Translations under genes and position numbers: made by a program
Source: Escherichia coli
GTDB lineage: Bacteria; Pseudomonadota; Gammaproteobacteria; Enterobacterales; Enterobacteriaceae
Direction: 5' to 3' (one strand)
Length of the DNA: 64,000 bases
NCBI RefSeq assembly: GCF_003018115.1
Contig: NZ_CP027457.1
Part shown: in pieces, positions 30,960-45,607 of the stretch
Numbering within the stretch: the first letter of the stretch is position 1
How the letters are laid out: the number at the start of each line of letters is the position of its first letter
The notes under the pieces: generated by a model
The model's input: only the letters and a program-made list of their open reading frames with translations
The model's database searches: none
Told to the model about the DNA's origin: nothing

Positions 30960-31414
30960 AAATATTTACTACAGTTGGAACAACAAGTTTTGATCTTTTA
31001 ATTAAGTCAGTTGATGAATTCGCCGCCACAAATAAAGATAATGATTTTATCTTCCAGATAGCGAATGGACAATTTCACCCTAGAAATGGTTGTTACTTTC
31101 GATTTGAAAATGATATTGTGCATTATTATGAGTGGGCAGATGTTGTCATAACTCATGCAGGCGCAGGCACTATATATAAACTCCTGGAGCAAAGAAAAAA
31201 AGTAATCATTGTTCCAAATCTTGTGCGTATTGATAAACATCAACGCGATATTGCACAATATATGTGTGAGCATCATTATTCCTTGGTATTGTGGGACCTA
31301 TCATCTTTATCTTCGATAATGAAAGATATTGAAAAATTTTCTCCAGCGGTATATAAGAAAACTCCTTTTTTTAGAAGTGATGAGATAGTTAATTTTATTA
31401 ACAATATAAGATAA
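30956..31414 (+). CDS. Alg13-like catalytic subunit of a split glycosyltransferase (Glyco_tran_28_C; Cps14G/PssE-like)
   Basis: 152 aa; ATGA overlap; MKIFTTVGTTSFDLL and VITHAGAGTIYKLLEQRKKVIIVPN, HQRDIA match the MurG-C/Alg13 pattern. Confidence 0.7.
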   Translation: MKIFTTVGTTSFDLLIKSVDEFAATNKDNDFIFQIANGQFHPRNGCYFRFENDIVHYYEWADVVITHAGAGTIYKLLEQRKKVIIVPNLVRIDKHQRDIAQYMCEHHYSLVLWDLSSLSSIMKDIEKFSPAVYKKTPFFRSDEIVNFINNIR

Positions 31415-31450
31415 TTTATACAAATTGTATTTTTCTGACAGGAGTAAACA

Positions 31451-32857
31451 ATGTCAAAGCAACAGATTGGCGTAGTCGGTATGGCAGTGATGGGGCGCAA
31501 CCTTGCGCTCAACATCGAAAGCCGTGGTTATACCGTCTCTATTTTCAACCGTTCCCGTGAAAAGACGGAAGAAGTTATTGCCGAAAATCCAGGCAAGAAA
31601 CTGGTTCCTTACTATACGGTGAAAGAGTTTGTTGAATCTCTGGAAACGCCTCGTCGCATCCTGTTAATGGTGAAAGCAGGTGCAGGCACGGATGCTGCTA
31701 TTGATTCCCTCAAGCCATACCTCGATAAAGGTGACATCATCATTGATGGTGGTAACACCTTCTTCCAGGACACCATTCGTCGTAACCGTGAGCTTTCTGC
31801 AGAAGGCTTTAACTTTATCGGTACCGGTGTCTCCGGCGGTGAAGAAGGTGCGCTGAAAGGTCCTTCCATTATGCCTGGTGGGCAGAAAGAAGCCTATGAA
31901 CTGGTTGCTCCGATCCTGACCAAAATCGCCGCAGTGGCTGAAGACGGCGAGCCATGCGTTACCTATATTGGTGCCGATGGTGCAGGTCACTATGTGAAGA
32001 TGGTTCACAACGGTATTGAATACGGCGATATGCAGCTGATTGCTGAAGCCTATTCTCTGCTTAAAGGTGGCCTGAATCTTTCCAACGAAGAACTGGCACA
32101 GACCTTTACCGAATGGAATAACGGTGAACTGAGCAGCTACCTGATCGACATCACCAAAGATATCTTCACCAAAAAAGATGAAGACGGTAACTACCTGGTT
32201 GATGTGATTCTGGATGAAGCAGCAAACAAAGGTACGGGCAAATGGACCAGCCAGAGTGCGCTGGATCTCGGCGAACCGCTGTCGCTGATTACCGAGTCTG
32301 TGTTTGCACGTTATATCTCTTCTCTGAAAGATCAGCGCGTTGCCGCGTCTAAAGTTCTCACTGGCCCGAAAGCGCAGCCAGCAGGCGATAAGGCTGAGTT
32401 CATCGAAAAAGTTCGTCGTGCGCTGTATCTGGGCAAAATCGTTTCTTACGCCCAGGGCTTCTCTCAGCTACGCGCAGCGTCTGAAGAGTACAACTGGGAT
32501 CTGAACTATGGCGAAATCGCGAAGATTTTCCGTGCTGGCTGCATCATCCGTGCGCAGTTCCTGCAGAAAATCACCGATGCCTATGCCGAAAATCCGCAAA
32601 TCGCTAACCTGCTGCTGGCTCCGTACTTTAAGCAAATTGCCGATGACTACCAGCAGGCGCTGCGTGATGTCGTTGCTTATGCGGTACAGAACGGTATCCC
32701 GGTTCCGACCTTCTCTGCGGCAGTTGCCTATTATGACAGCTACCGTTCCGCTGTTCTGCCTGCGAACCTGATCCAGGCACAACGTGACTATTTCGGTGCG
32801 CATACTTATAAGCGCATTGATAAAGAAGGTGTGTTCCATACCGAATGGCTGGATTAA
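31451..32857 (+). CDS. gnd: 6-phosphogluconate dehydrogenase (decarboxylating)
   Basis: 468-aa [19 protein letters not shown]ossmann motif; conserved right flank of O-antigen loci; GC content returns to core level. Confidence 0.97.
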   Translation: MSKQQIGVVGMAVMGRNLALNIESRGYTVSIFNRSREKTEEVIAENPGKKLVPYYTVKEFVESLETPRRILLMVKAGAGTDAAIDSLKPYLDKGDIIIDGGNTFFQDTIRRNRELSAEGFNFIGTGVSGGEEGALKGPSIMPGGQKEAYELVAPILTKIAAVAEDGEPCVTYIGADGAGHYVKMVHNGIEYGDMQLIAEAYSLLKGGLNLSNEELAQTFTEWNNGELSSYLIDITKDIFTKKDEDGNYLVDVILDEAANKGTGKWTSQSALDLGEPLSLITESVFARYISSLKDQRVAASKVLTGPKAQPAGDKAEFIEKVRRALYLGKIVSYAQGFSQLRAASEEYNWDLNYGEIAKIFRAGCIIRAQFLQKITDAYAENPQIANLLLAPYFKQIADDYQQALRDVVAYAVQNGIPVPTFSAAVAYYDSYRSAVLPANLIQAQRDYFGAHTYKRIDKEGVFHTEWLD

Positions 32858-32886
32858 TCTGATTTAAATCAATTAATCAATGCAAG

Positions 32887-32914
32887 GCCCGGAGGAACCC
32901 TCCGGGCTTTTTTA
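32887..32914 (+). terminator. Rho-independent terminator after gnd
   Basis: gcccggagg-aaccc-tccgggc stem-loop followed by tttttt. Confidence 0.85.
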
Positions 32915-33105
32915 TTATACAAAGCGGCAGGTTATGGCCTTTTTTTATAATTTATGGTTAAAAAAGCGATATAATACAGAGTCGCACAGCAGGATCGCTG
33001 CCTTGACAGTTCATCCGCATCGGCGTTAAAAATCCCGCAGTAGATGAAGATGTGGTGGTGGATTAATGACCACTCTAAATGTTTAACCGGAAGAAGTCAG
33101 AGCTA

Positions 33106-34272
33106 ATGAAAATAACAATTTCAGGAACAGGTTATGTTGGTCTTTCAAATGGTATTCTGATTGCGCAAAATCACGAAGTAGTTGCATTGGATATCGTTCA
33201 GGCCAAAGTTGACATGCTTAACAAGAAGCAGTCACCGATTGTTGATAAGGAGATTGAAGAGTATCTGGCGACTAAAGATCTCAATTTCCGCGCTACGACA
33301 GATAAGTATGACGCGTATAAAAATGCCGATTACGTTATTATTGCCACGCCTACCGATTATGACCCGAAAACAAATTATTTTAATACCTCAAGCGTGGAAG
33401 CGGTCATCCGTGATGTGACAGAAATTAATCCCAACGCGGTAATGGTGATTAAATCTACAATTCCGGTAGGTTTCACCAAATCAATTAAAGAACGTCTGGG
33501 TATCGATAACCTTATTTTCTCTCCGGAATTTCTCCGTGAAGGTAAAGCCCTTTACGATAATCTCCATCCTTCACGTATTGTCATTGGTGAGCGTTCAGAA
33601 CGCGCAGAACGTTTTGCTGCGTTGTTACAGGAAGGAGCGATTAAGCAAAATATCCCGACCCTGTTTACCGACTCCACTGAAGCAGAAGCGATTAAACTTT
33701 TTGCAAACACCTACCTGGCGATGCGCGTGGCGTACTTTAACGAACTGGATAGCTACGCAGAAAGTTTAGGTCTGAATTCCCGTCAAATAATCGAAGGCGT
33801 TTGTCTCGACCCACGAATTGGCAACCATTACAACAATCCGTCGTTTGGTTATGGTGGTTATTGTCTGCCGAAAGATACCAAGCAGTTACTGGCGAACTAC
33901 CAGTCTGTGCCGAATAACCTGATTTCGGCAATTGTCGATGCTAACCGCACGCGTAAAGACTTTATTGCCGATGCCATTTTGTCACGCAAACCGCAAGTGG
34001 TGGGTATTTATCGTCTGATTATGAAGAGCGGGTCAGATAACTTCCGTGCGTCTTCCATTCAGGGGATTATGAAACGTATCAAGGCGAAAGGCGTTGAAGT
34101 GATCATATACGAGCCGGTGATGAAAGAAGACTCATTCTTCAACTCTCGCCTGGAACGAGATCTCGCCACCTTCAAACAACAAGCCGACGTCATTATTTCC
34201 AACCGTATGGCAGAAGAGCTTAAGGATGTGGCAGACAAAGTCTACACCCGCGATCTCTTTGGCAGTGACTAA
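33106..34272 (+). CDS. ugd: UDP-glucose 6-dehydrogenase
   Basis: ATG at 33106 gives the 388-aa form [24 protein letters not shown] active-site Cys motif. Confidence 0.96.
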   Translation: MKITISGTGYVGLSNGILIAQNHEVVALDIVQAKVDMLNKKQSPIVDKEIEEYLATKDLNFRATTDKYDAYKNADYVIIATPTDYDPKTNYFNTSSVEAVIRDVTEINPNAVMVIKSTIPVGFTKSIKERLGIDNLIFSPEFLREGKALYDNLHPSRIVIGERSERAERFAALLQEGAIKQNIPTLFTDSTEAEAIKLFANTYLAMRVAYFNELDSYAESLGLNSRQIIEGVCLDPRIGNHYNNPSFGYGGYCLPKDTKQLLANYQSVPNNLISAIVDANRTRKDFIADAILSRKPQVVGIYRLIMKSGSDNFRASSIQGIMKRIKAKGVEVIIYEPVMKEDSFFNSRLERDLATFKQQADVIISNRMAEELKDVADKVYTRDLFGSD

Positions 34273-34418
34273 CATCCTGTTATCAGGGCGATTTTCGCCC
34301 TGATTCTCTTATGTTCCCTTTGTAATAATTCATTCTTTTTATCATTTATCCTATAGCATTCATGGCGATTATCGCTAAACTATGGCGACTTAAAATTATT
34401 TCGTCCGTTAGGGTAATG

Positions 34419-35399
34419 ATGAGAGTAGAAAATAATAATGTTTCTGGGCAAAACCATGACCCGGAACAGATTGATTTGATTGATTTACTGGTGCAGTTGT
34501 GGCGCGGCAAGATGACTATCATCATTTCTGTCATTGTGGCTATTGCCCTGGCTATAGGGTATCTGGCCGTTGCCAAAGAAAAGTGGACTTCCACAGCTAT
34601 TGTTACTCAACCTGATGTGGGGCAAATCGCTGGTTATACCAACGCGATGAATGTGATTTACGGTCCGGCTGTACCGAAAGTCTCCGACATTCAGGCTTCA
34701 CTTATTGGACGTTACAGCACTGCATTCTCAGCATTAGCGGAAACGCTGGATAACCAGGATGAAGCAGAAAAGCTGACCATTGAGCCTACCGTCAAAAATC
34801 AGTCATTACCTTTAGCGGTGTCTTATGTTGGTGAAACACCTGAAGGTGCGCAGAAGCAGCTGGCGAAGTATATCCAGCAAGTTGACGACCAGGTAAATGT
34901 AGAGCTGGAAAAAGACTTGAAAGACAATATCGCGCTGCGTATGAAAAACTTGCAGGACTCTTTAAGAACTCAGGAAGTAGTCGCGCAAGAGCAGAAAGAT
35001 CTGCGTATCCGTCAGATTCAGGAAGCGTTGCAGTATGCGAATCAGGCGCAGGTGACAAAACCGCAAATTCAACAGACTGGCGAAGATATCACGCAAGATA
35101 CGTTGTTCCTTTTGGGGAGCGAAGCGCTGGAGTCGATGATTAAGCATGAGGCGACCCGTCCGTTGGTGTTCTCACCAAACTACTATCAGACTCGTCAAAA
35201 CCTGCTGGATATCGAAAGCTTAAAAGTTGATGATCTTGATATTCATGCTTACCGTTATGTGATGAAACCGACGTTACCTATTCGTCGCGATAGTCCGAAA
35301 AAGGCAATTACATTGATTCTGGCAGTGCTGCTGGGCGGCATGGTTGGCGCGGGGATTGTGCTGGGGCGTAATGCTCTACGCAATTACAACGCGAAGTAA
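34419..35399 (+). CDS. wzzB: O-antigen chain-length determinant (PCP-1)
   Basis: ATG at 34419 gives the 326-aa form MRVENNNVSGQNHDPEQIDLIDLL; two TM segments flanking a coiled periplasmic domain; C-terminal GGMVGAG motif. Confidence 0.95.
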   Translation: MRVENNNVSGQNHDPEQIDLIDLLVQLWRGKMTIIISVIVAIALAIGYLAVAKEKWTSTAIVTQPDVGQIAGYTNAMNVIYGPAVPKVSDIQASLIGRYSTAFSALAETLDNQDEAEKLTIEPTVKNQSLPLAVSYVGETPEGAQKQLAKYIQQVDDQVNVELEKDLKDNIALRMKNLQDSLRTQEVVAQEQKDLRIRQIQEALQYANQAQVTKPQIQQTGEDITQDTLFLLGSEALESMIKHEATRPLVFSPNYYQTRQNLLDIESLKVDDLDIHAYRYVMKPTLPIRRDSPKKAITLILAVLLGGMVGAGIVLGRNALRNYNAK

Positions 35400-35421
35400 T
35401 CTTTTCGGTTTTAAAGAAAAA

Positions 35422-35454
35422 GGGCAGGGTGGTGACACCTTGCCCGTTTTTTTT
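35422..35454. terminator. Bidirectional terminator between convergent wzzB and hisI
   Basis: gggcagggtg-gtga-caccttgccc stem-loop flanked by an A-run upstream and T8 downstream. Confidence 0.8.
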
Positions 35455-35495
35455 GCCGGATGCGACAACAACATCGCATCCGCTTACCCCGCAAC

Positions 35496-36100
35496 TCACT
35501 GATGCCGTTTACGCAGGTTCTCAATCACCGTCGTTAAATCCAGATCCTGATCCTGCAACAACACCAGCAGGTGATACATCAAGTCAGATGCCTCGTTGGT
35601 CAGCTCAAAGCGGTCATGTACCGTTGCTGCCAGCGCAGTTTCCACCCCTTCTTCCCCCACTTTCTGCGCAATGCGCTTGGTGCCGCTGGCATACAGTTTG
35701 GCGGTATAGGAGGTTTCCGGGTCGGCAGATTTGCGCTCGGCGAGCAGTTGTTCCAGTTGATACAGGAACAGCCACTGGTGAGCGGTGTTGCCGAAGCAGC
35801 TGCTGGTGCCTTTGTGGCAGGTCGGGCCGATGGGATTCGCCAGCACTAATAAAGTGTCGTTGTCGCAGTCCGGCGCAATACTCACTACGTTGAGGAAATT
35901 GCCCGACGTTTCGCCTTTGGTCCACAGTCGCTGTTTAGTGCGCGAGAAGAAGGTGACTTTGCCGCTTTCGATGGTTTTGTCTAAGGCTTCCGGGTTCATA
36001 TAGCCCAGCATTAACACTTCGCCGGATACAGCGTGTTGCACAATCACCGGCATCAGTCCGTCGGTTTTTTCCCAGTCCAGTTCGCGACGTTGTTGTTCTG

Positions 36101-36107
<7 letters not shown>
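35496..36107 (-). CDS. hisI: Bifunctional phosphoribosyl-AMP cyclohydrolase / phosphoribosyl-ATP pyrophosphatase
   Basis: 203-aa [28 protein letters not shown]; last gene of his operon. Confidence 0.97.
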
Positions 36108-38185
<2,078 letters not shown>

Positions 38186-38186
<1 letters not shown>

Positions 38187-39252
38187 TACAGCACTCCTTT
38201 CGACGAGGGCAGGGTGTCGCCTTCCACGCGGATGGCCTGGCGCAGGGTGCGACCAAAGGCTTTGAACAGGCTCTCTACACGGTGGTGATCGTTTTTACCT
38301 TTGGTTTTCAGGTGTAGCGTCACGCCCATGGTGTAAGAGAGCGAACGGAAGAAGTGCTCGATCATTTCAGTGCTGAGATCGCCCACGCGCTGGTAGGTAA
38401 ATTCAGCTTTATATTCCAGGTGCGGGCGACCAGAGATATCCAGTGCACAGCGGGCAAGGCATTCGTCCATCGGCAGCACAAAACCAAAGCGGCAAATACC
38501 GCGTTTGTCGCCAAGAGCAATTTTTAATGCTTCGCCCAGCGCCAGGCCGGTATCTTCGACGGTGTGGTGATCGTCGATATAGAGGTCGCCTTTAACGTTG
38601 ATTTCCATCCGGAAACCGCCGTGGGTGGCGATCTGATCCAGCATGTGATCAAAGAATCCAACGCCGGTATTAATCTTGCTGCCACCTTCACGATCCAGCC
38701 ACACCTGGACGTCAATTTGCGTCTCTTTGGTGTTGCGCACTACATGGGCGTAACGGTCTCGTTTAGTGAGTTGCTCGCCAATCATTGGCCAGTTCAGGGT
38801 TTCGCGGTCGTAGCGTAAACCATTAATACCCATGTTTTCAGCCAGTTGAATATCGGTCGCGCGATCGCCAATCACATAACTGTTGGCGCGATCCATCGCT
38901 TGCTCAGCGAGATAACGCTCCACCAGTTTTACTTTCGGCTTACGGCAGTCGCACTCATCGGCGGGCAGGTGCGGACAAATCAGCACTTCATCAAACTGCA
39001 CGCCTTGTGAGGTGAAGATCTGCATCATCAGGTTGTGTGGGCCATCGAAATCCGCCTGCGGGAAACTTTGTGTTCCCAGACCATCCTGATTAGTGATCAT
39101 CACCGGCTTGTAGCCCGCTTTTTGCAGCTTCAGCAGCTCCGGGATCACGCCAGGTTCAAAGGCGAGTTTGTCAAAACGGTCCACCTGAAAATCACTCGGC
39201 GGTTCGCTAATCAGGGTTCCATCGCGATCGATAAAAAGATACTTCTGACTCA

Positions 39253-39253
<1 letters not shown>
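38186..39253 (-). CDS. hisB: Bifunctional histidinol-phosphatase / imidazoleglycerol-phosphate dehydratase
   Basis: [14 protein letters not shown] (HAD motif) N-terminal domain plus IGPD C-terminal domain; 355-aa K-12 form (extra ATG at 39256). Confidence 0.96.
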
Positions 39254-41624
<2,371 letters not shown>

Positions 41625-41629
41625 GGCGA

Positions 41630-42529
41630 TCACTCCATCATTTTCTCAATCGGCAGGACCAGGATTGAACTGGCTCCCAGCGCTTTCAGTTTTTCCATCG
41701 TTTCCCAGAACAGGGTTTCGCTACTCACCATGTGCATCGCTACGCGCTGTTGATCACCTGCCAGCGGCAGAATAGTTGGGCGTTCGGCACCTGGCAGCAG
41801 GGCGATGACTTCATCCAGACGTTCAGTCGGTGCGTGCATCATGATGTATTTTGATTCGCGCGCCTGGATCACGCCCTGAATACGGGTCAGCAGCTTGTCG
41901 ATCAGTTGCTGTTTAGATTCTTCCATTTCGCCATCGCGCTGGATCAGGCAGGCTTTCGAGCGGTAGATAACTTCGACTTCGCGCAGGCCGTTAGCTTCCA
42001 GCGTGGCACCGGTGGAAACCAGATCGCAAATCGCATCCGCCAGTCCGGCGCGCGGGGCGACTTCAACAGAACCGTTCAGTAAGCAGGATTTAAAAGAGAT
42101 GCCTTTCTGGTCGAGATAACGCTTGAGCAGGTGAGGATAAGAGGTGGCGATACGTTTACCGTTTAAGGAGAGCGGACCGTCCCAGGCTTCATCAACCGGC
42201 GTTGCCAGCGAAAGGCGGCAGCCGCCGAAATCCAGTCGACGCAGGGTAAAGTAGCGCGGATCTTCACCCTGGGCTCGGCGGTTAAGCAGCTCTTCTTCCA
42301 GCACGTTTTCGCCGATAATCCCAAGGTCTACCACGCCGTCCATTACCAGACCGGGAATGTCGTCGTCACGCACGCGCAGAATATCAATCGGCATGTTTTC
42401 TGCCATCGCGATCAGGCGCTGGGTGTGAAGATTGATTTTAATGCCACAGCGCGCCAGCAATTCGCGTGAGTCATCACTTAAACGGCCGGATTTCTGCATA
42501 GCTATGCGTAAACGAGTGTTGTCTGTCAT
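41630..42529 (-). CDS. hisG: ATP phosphoribosyltransferase
   Basis: ATG at 42529 gives the 299-aa form [17 protein letters not shown]. Confidence 0.96.
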
Positions 42530-42577
42530 TTTCTTATTCCTCTTTAAACCTGTCTGAACCGTTATCAACCGCGCAAT

Positions 42578-42611
42578 AAAAAAGCCCCCGGAAGGTGATC
42601 TTCCGGGGGCT
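42578..42611 (-). terminator. his operon attenuator terminator
   Basis: On the minus strand: agcccccggaag-atcacc-ttccgggggct followed by tttttt; lies between hisL and hisG. Confidence 0.9.
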
Positions 42612-42674
42612 TTCTCATGCGTTCATGCACCACTGGAAGATCTGAATGTCTTCCAGCACACATCGCCTGAAAGA

Positions 42675-42725
42675 CTAGTCAGGATGATGGTGATGATGGT
42701 GGTGTTTAAATTGAACGCGTGTCAT
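42675..42725 (-). CDS. hisL: his operon leader peptide
   Basis: Minus-strand ATGACACGCGTTCAATTTAAACACCACCATCATCACCATCATCCTGACTAG = MTRVQFKHHHHHHHPD with 7 consecutive His codons. Confidence 0.95.
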   Translation of the reverse strand: MTRVQFKHHHHHHHPD

Positions 42726-42763
42726 AAAAGTCTCTGTGAATGTTTATTCAACTGATGTCTTTT

Positions 42764-42793
42764 AACCTAAACCACTTTCACGTTAGAAAGCAA
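42764..42793 (-). promoter_or_regulatory. Probable his operon promoter
   Basis: Minus-strand TTGCTT (42788-42793) and TAGGTT (42764-42769) separated by 18 bp, about 40 nt upstream of hisL ATG. Confidence 0.6.
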
Positions 42794-42975
42794 GGGCTTT
42801 TTTATATATTTTATGGCGATGGATTTGTTTAATGAATGAGCGGGGAAAGGAGGGGGCTAAGAGGAGTGTCCCCTAACCTGACGGCACCCAAAATAGCGAA
42901 ACCTGGATTTTTCGTCTCACTGACAATGTCTTGATCTACAGACTAATTAATAAATAGTTAATTAACGCCTATCAT

Positions 42976-42993
42976 TGTACAATGAACTGTACA
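42976..42993 (+). promoter_or_regulatory. yefM-yoeB operator palindrome
   Basis: TGTACA-atgaac-TGTACA directly upstream of the yefM SD (aagagga); matches the known YefM/YoeB operator core. Confidence 0.75.
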
Positions 42994-43008
42994 AAAGAGG
43001 AGATTGAA

Positions 43009-43260
43009 ATGCGTACAATTAGCTACAGCGAAGCGCGCCAGAATTTGTCGGCAACAATGATGAAAGCCGTTGAAGATCATGCCCCGATCCTTATTACTCG
43101 TCAGAATGGAGAGGCTTGTGTTCTGATGTCACTCGAAGAATACAACTCGCTGGAAGAGACGGCTTATCTACTGCGCTCCCCCGCTAACGCCCGGAGATTG
43201 ATGGACTCAATCGATAGCCTGAAATCAGGCAAAGGAACGGAAAAGGACATTATTGAGTGA
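43009..43260 (+). CDS. yefM: Antitoxin YefM (Phd/YefM family)
   Basis: ATG at 43009 gives the 83-aa form [31 protein letters not shown]. Confidence 0.95.
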
Positions 43261-43511
43261 AACTAATCTGGTCTGAGGAGTCATGGGATGATTATCTGTA
43301 CTGGCAGGAAACAGATAAGCGAATTGTTAAAAAGATCATTGAACTTATCAAAGATACCCGCAGAACACCATTTGAAGGTAAGGGGAAGCCAGAACCCCTG
43401 AAGCATAATTTGTCAGGCTTCTGGTCCCGACGCATTACAGAGGAGCACCGTCTGGTATACGCGGTTACCGACGATTCACTGCTCATTGCAGCATGTCGTT
43501 ATCATTATTGA
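43257..43511 (+). CDS. yoeB: Toxin YoeB (ribosome-dependent mRNA interferase, RelE/YoeB family)
   Basis: 84-aa ORF; GTG start overlapping the yefM stop (GTGA); ends ...[22 protein letters not shown]. Confidence 0.95.
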
Positions 43512-43593
43512 ACAGATTCATTCATAGAATGAATTGTCAGTTTTGATACGCTAGCGTAGCCTTATAGATCTAAGGTGTATCAGGAGATAACGG

Positions 43594-44418
43594 ATGAAAA
43601 AGGTCGCAATTGTCGGGTTAGGGTGGTTAGGCATGCCGCTGGCGATGTCACTTTCAGCGCGAGGCTGGCAAGTCACCGGGAGTAAAACCACACAAGATGG
43701 TGTCGAAGCGGCCCGAATGAGTGGCATTGATAGCTATCTGCTTCGCATGGAGCCTGAGTTAGTTTGCGATTCTGACGATCTGGATGCCCTGATGGATGCC
43801 GATGCGCTGGTCATTACGCTTCCGGCACGTCGTAGCGGCCCCGGCGATGAGTTCTATTTACAAGCGGTACAAGAGTTAGTGGATAGCGCGCTGGCCCATC
43901 GTATTCCCCGAATTATTTTTACCAGCTCGACGTCTGTCTATGGCGACGCGCAAGGCACGGTCAAAGAAACTACCCCGCGTAATCCGGTAACCAACAGTGG
44001 ACGAGTATTAGAAGAACTCGAAGACTGGCTGCACAATTTACCTGGTACTTCGGTCGATATTCTGCGTCTTGCGGGTCTTGTCGGACCGGGACGTCATCCC
44101 GGACGCTTCTTTGCCGGAAAAACCGCGCCTGATGGTGAACATGGTGTTAATTTAGTCCATTTAGAAGATGTTATTGGCGCTATCACTCTGTTGTTACAGG
44201 CACCTAAAGGCGGACACATCTATAATATATGTGCGCCAGCTCACCCTGCGCGTAATGTTTTCTATCCGCAGATGGCCCGTTTACTGGGGCTGGAGCCTCC
44301 GCAGTTCAGAAATAGTCTGGACAGCGGCAAAGGTAAGATTATTGATGGCAGTCGGATTTGTAATGAACTGGGATTTGAATACCAGTATCCCGATCCGCTG
44401 GTAATGCCGCTGGAGTAA
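43594..44418 (+). CDS. yeeZ: NAD(P)-binding Rossmann-fold protein YeeZ
   Basis: 274-aa ORF; VAIVGLGWLGMPLA dinucleotide-binding motif; synteny. Confidence 0.92.
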   Translation: MKKVAIVGLGWLGMPLAMSLSARGWQVTGSKTTQDGVEAARMSGIDSYLLRMEPELVCDSDDLDALMDADALVITLPARRSGPGDEFYLQAVQELVDSALAHRIPRIIFTSSTSVYGDAQGTVKETTPRNPVTNSGRVLEELEDWLHNLPGTSVDILRLAGLVGPGRHPGRFFAGKTAPDGEHGVNLVHLEDVIGAITLLLQAPKGGHIYNICAPAHPARNVFYPQMARLLGLEPPQFRNSLDSGKGKIIDGSRICNELGFEYQYPDPLVMPLE

Positions 44419-44463
44419 ACGACCACGCCAGCAGGACGCCGCATGCACTGCAAGGGGGCGTGT

Positions 44464-45393
44464 ATGAAACCACTGCTGGATGTGTTGATGATCCTCGATG
44501 CCTTAGAAAAAGAAGGCAGTTTTGCGGCGGCGTCGGCCAAACTCTATAAGACGCCGTCCGCTCTGAGTTACACCGTTCACAAGCTGGAAAGCGACCTTAA
44601 TATTCAATTGCTTGATCGTAGCGGTCACCGCGCTAAATTCACCCGTACCGGAAAAATGTTATTAGAGAAAGGGCGGGAAGTTCTGCATACCGTGCGAGAA
44701 CTGGAAAAGCAGGCGATCAAACTGCATGAAGGCTGGGAAAACGAGCTGGTGATTGGCGTGGACGACACGTTTCCTTTTTCTCTGCTTGCGCCACTGATTG
44801 AAGCTTTTTATCAACATCATAGCGTGACGCGCCTGAAGTTTATCAATGGCGTACTCGGTGGTTCCTGGGATGCCCTGACTCAGGGGCGAGCGGATATTAT
44901 TGTTGGCGCGATGCATGAGCCACCATCTTCCAGTGAGTTTGGTTTCTCGCGGTTGGGCGATCTGGAACAAGTCTTTGCGGTCGCGCCTCATCATCCGCTA
45001 GCCCAGGAAGAAGAGCCGTTAAACCGTCGTATCATTAAGCGATATCGGGCGATTGTGGTGGGAGACACTGCGCAGGCAGGCGCTTCTACGGCCTCACAAC
45101 TTCTCGACGAACAAGAAGCCATTACCGTTTTCGATTTTAAAACCAAGCTGGAGCTGCAAATTAGCGGCCTCGGCTGCGGCTATTTACCCCGTTATCTGGC
45201 GCAACGTTTTCTCGATAGTGGCGCGTTAATCGAGAAGAAAGTGGTCGCCCAAACTCTCTTTGAACCCGTCTGGATTGGCTGGAATGAACAGACCGCAGGG
45301 CTTGCCAGCGGCTGGTGGCGGGATGAAATTTTAGCAAATAGTGCGATCGCCGGTGTTTATGCAAAATCTGATGACGGAAAATCAGCCATTTAA
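44464..45393 (+). CDS. yeeY: LysR-family transcriptional regulator YeeY
   Basis: ATG at 44464 gives the 309-aa form MKPLLDVLMILDALEKEGSFAAASAKLYKTPSALSYTVHKLE (wHTH). Confidence 0.93.
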   Translation: MKPLLDVLMILDALEKEGSFAAASAKLYKTPSALSYTVHKLESDLNIQLLDRSGHRAKFTRTGKMLLEKGREVLHTVRELEKQAIKLHEGWENELVIGVDDTFPFSLLAPLIEAFYQHHSVTRLKFINGVLGGSWDALTQGRADIIVGAMHEPPSSSEFGFSRLGDLEQVFAVAPHHPLAQEEEPLNRRIIKRYRAIVVGDTAQAGASTASQLLDEQEAITVFDFKTKLELQISGLGCGYLPRYLAQRFLDSGALIEKKVVAQTLFEPVWIGWNEQTAGLASGWWRDEILANSAIAGVYAKSDDGKSAI

Positions 45394-45479
45394 AGAAAAA
45401 TTATTATGACAAGCCTCTCATTCTCTTGTCATTTCCCCCCCATTTAGGCACAATGCGCCGCTGTCAAAAAATGACTAAA

Positions 45480-45511
45480 AACCGACGTTTCATCAGCGTC
45501 GGTTATTTTTT
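45480..45511 (+). terminator. Rho-independent terminator downstream of yeeY
   Basis: aaccgacg-tttcatcag-cgtcggtt stem-loop followed by atttttt. Confidence 0.6.
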
Positions 45512-45607
45512 GCTTCAAACCAATCATTCATACCAAGAGGCCGGGCTTCGTACCGGATAGATATTTACTAAAAATCGACAGTTGTTGTCGCTGAGGAATC
45601 CAAAAAA

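Noticed and set aside
35429-35893. 154-aa Pro/Ser-rich plus-strand ORF overlapping hisI
   Set aside because: It is antisense to hisI, starts inside the wzzB/hisI terminator region, and has a low-complexity sequence.
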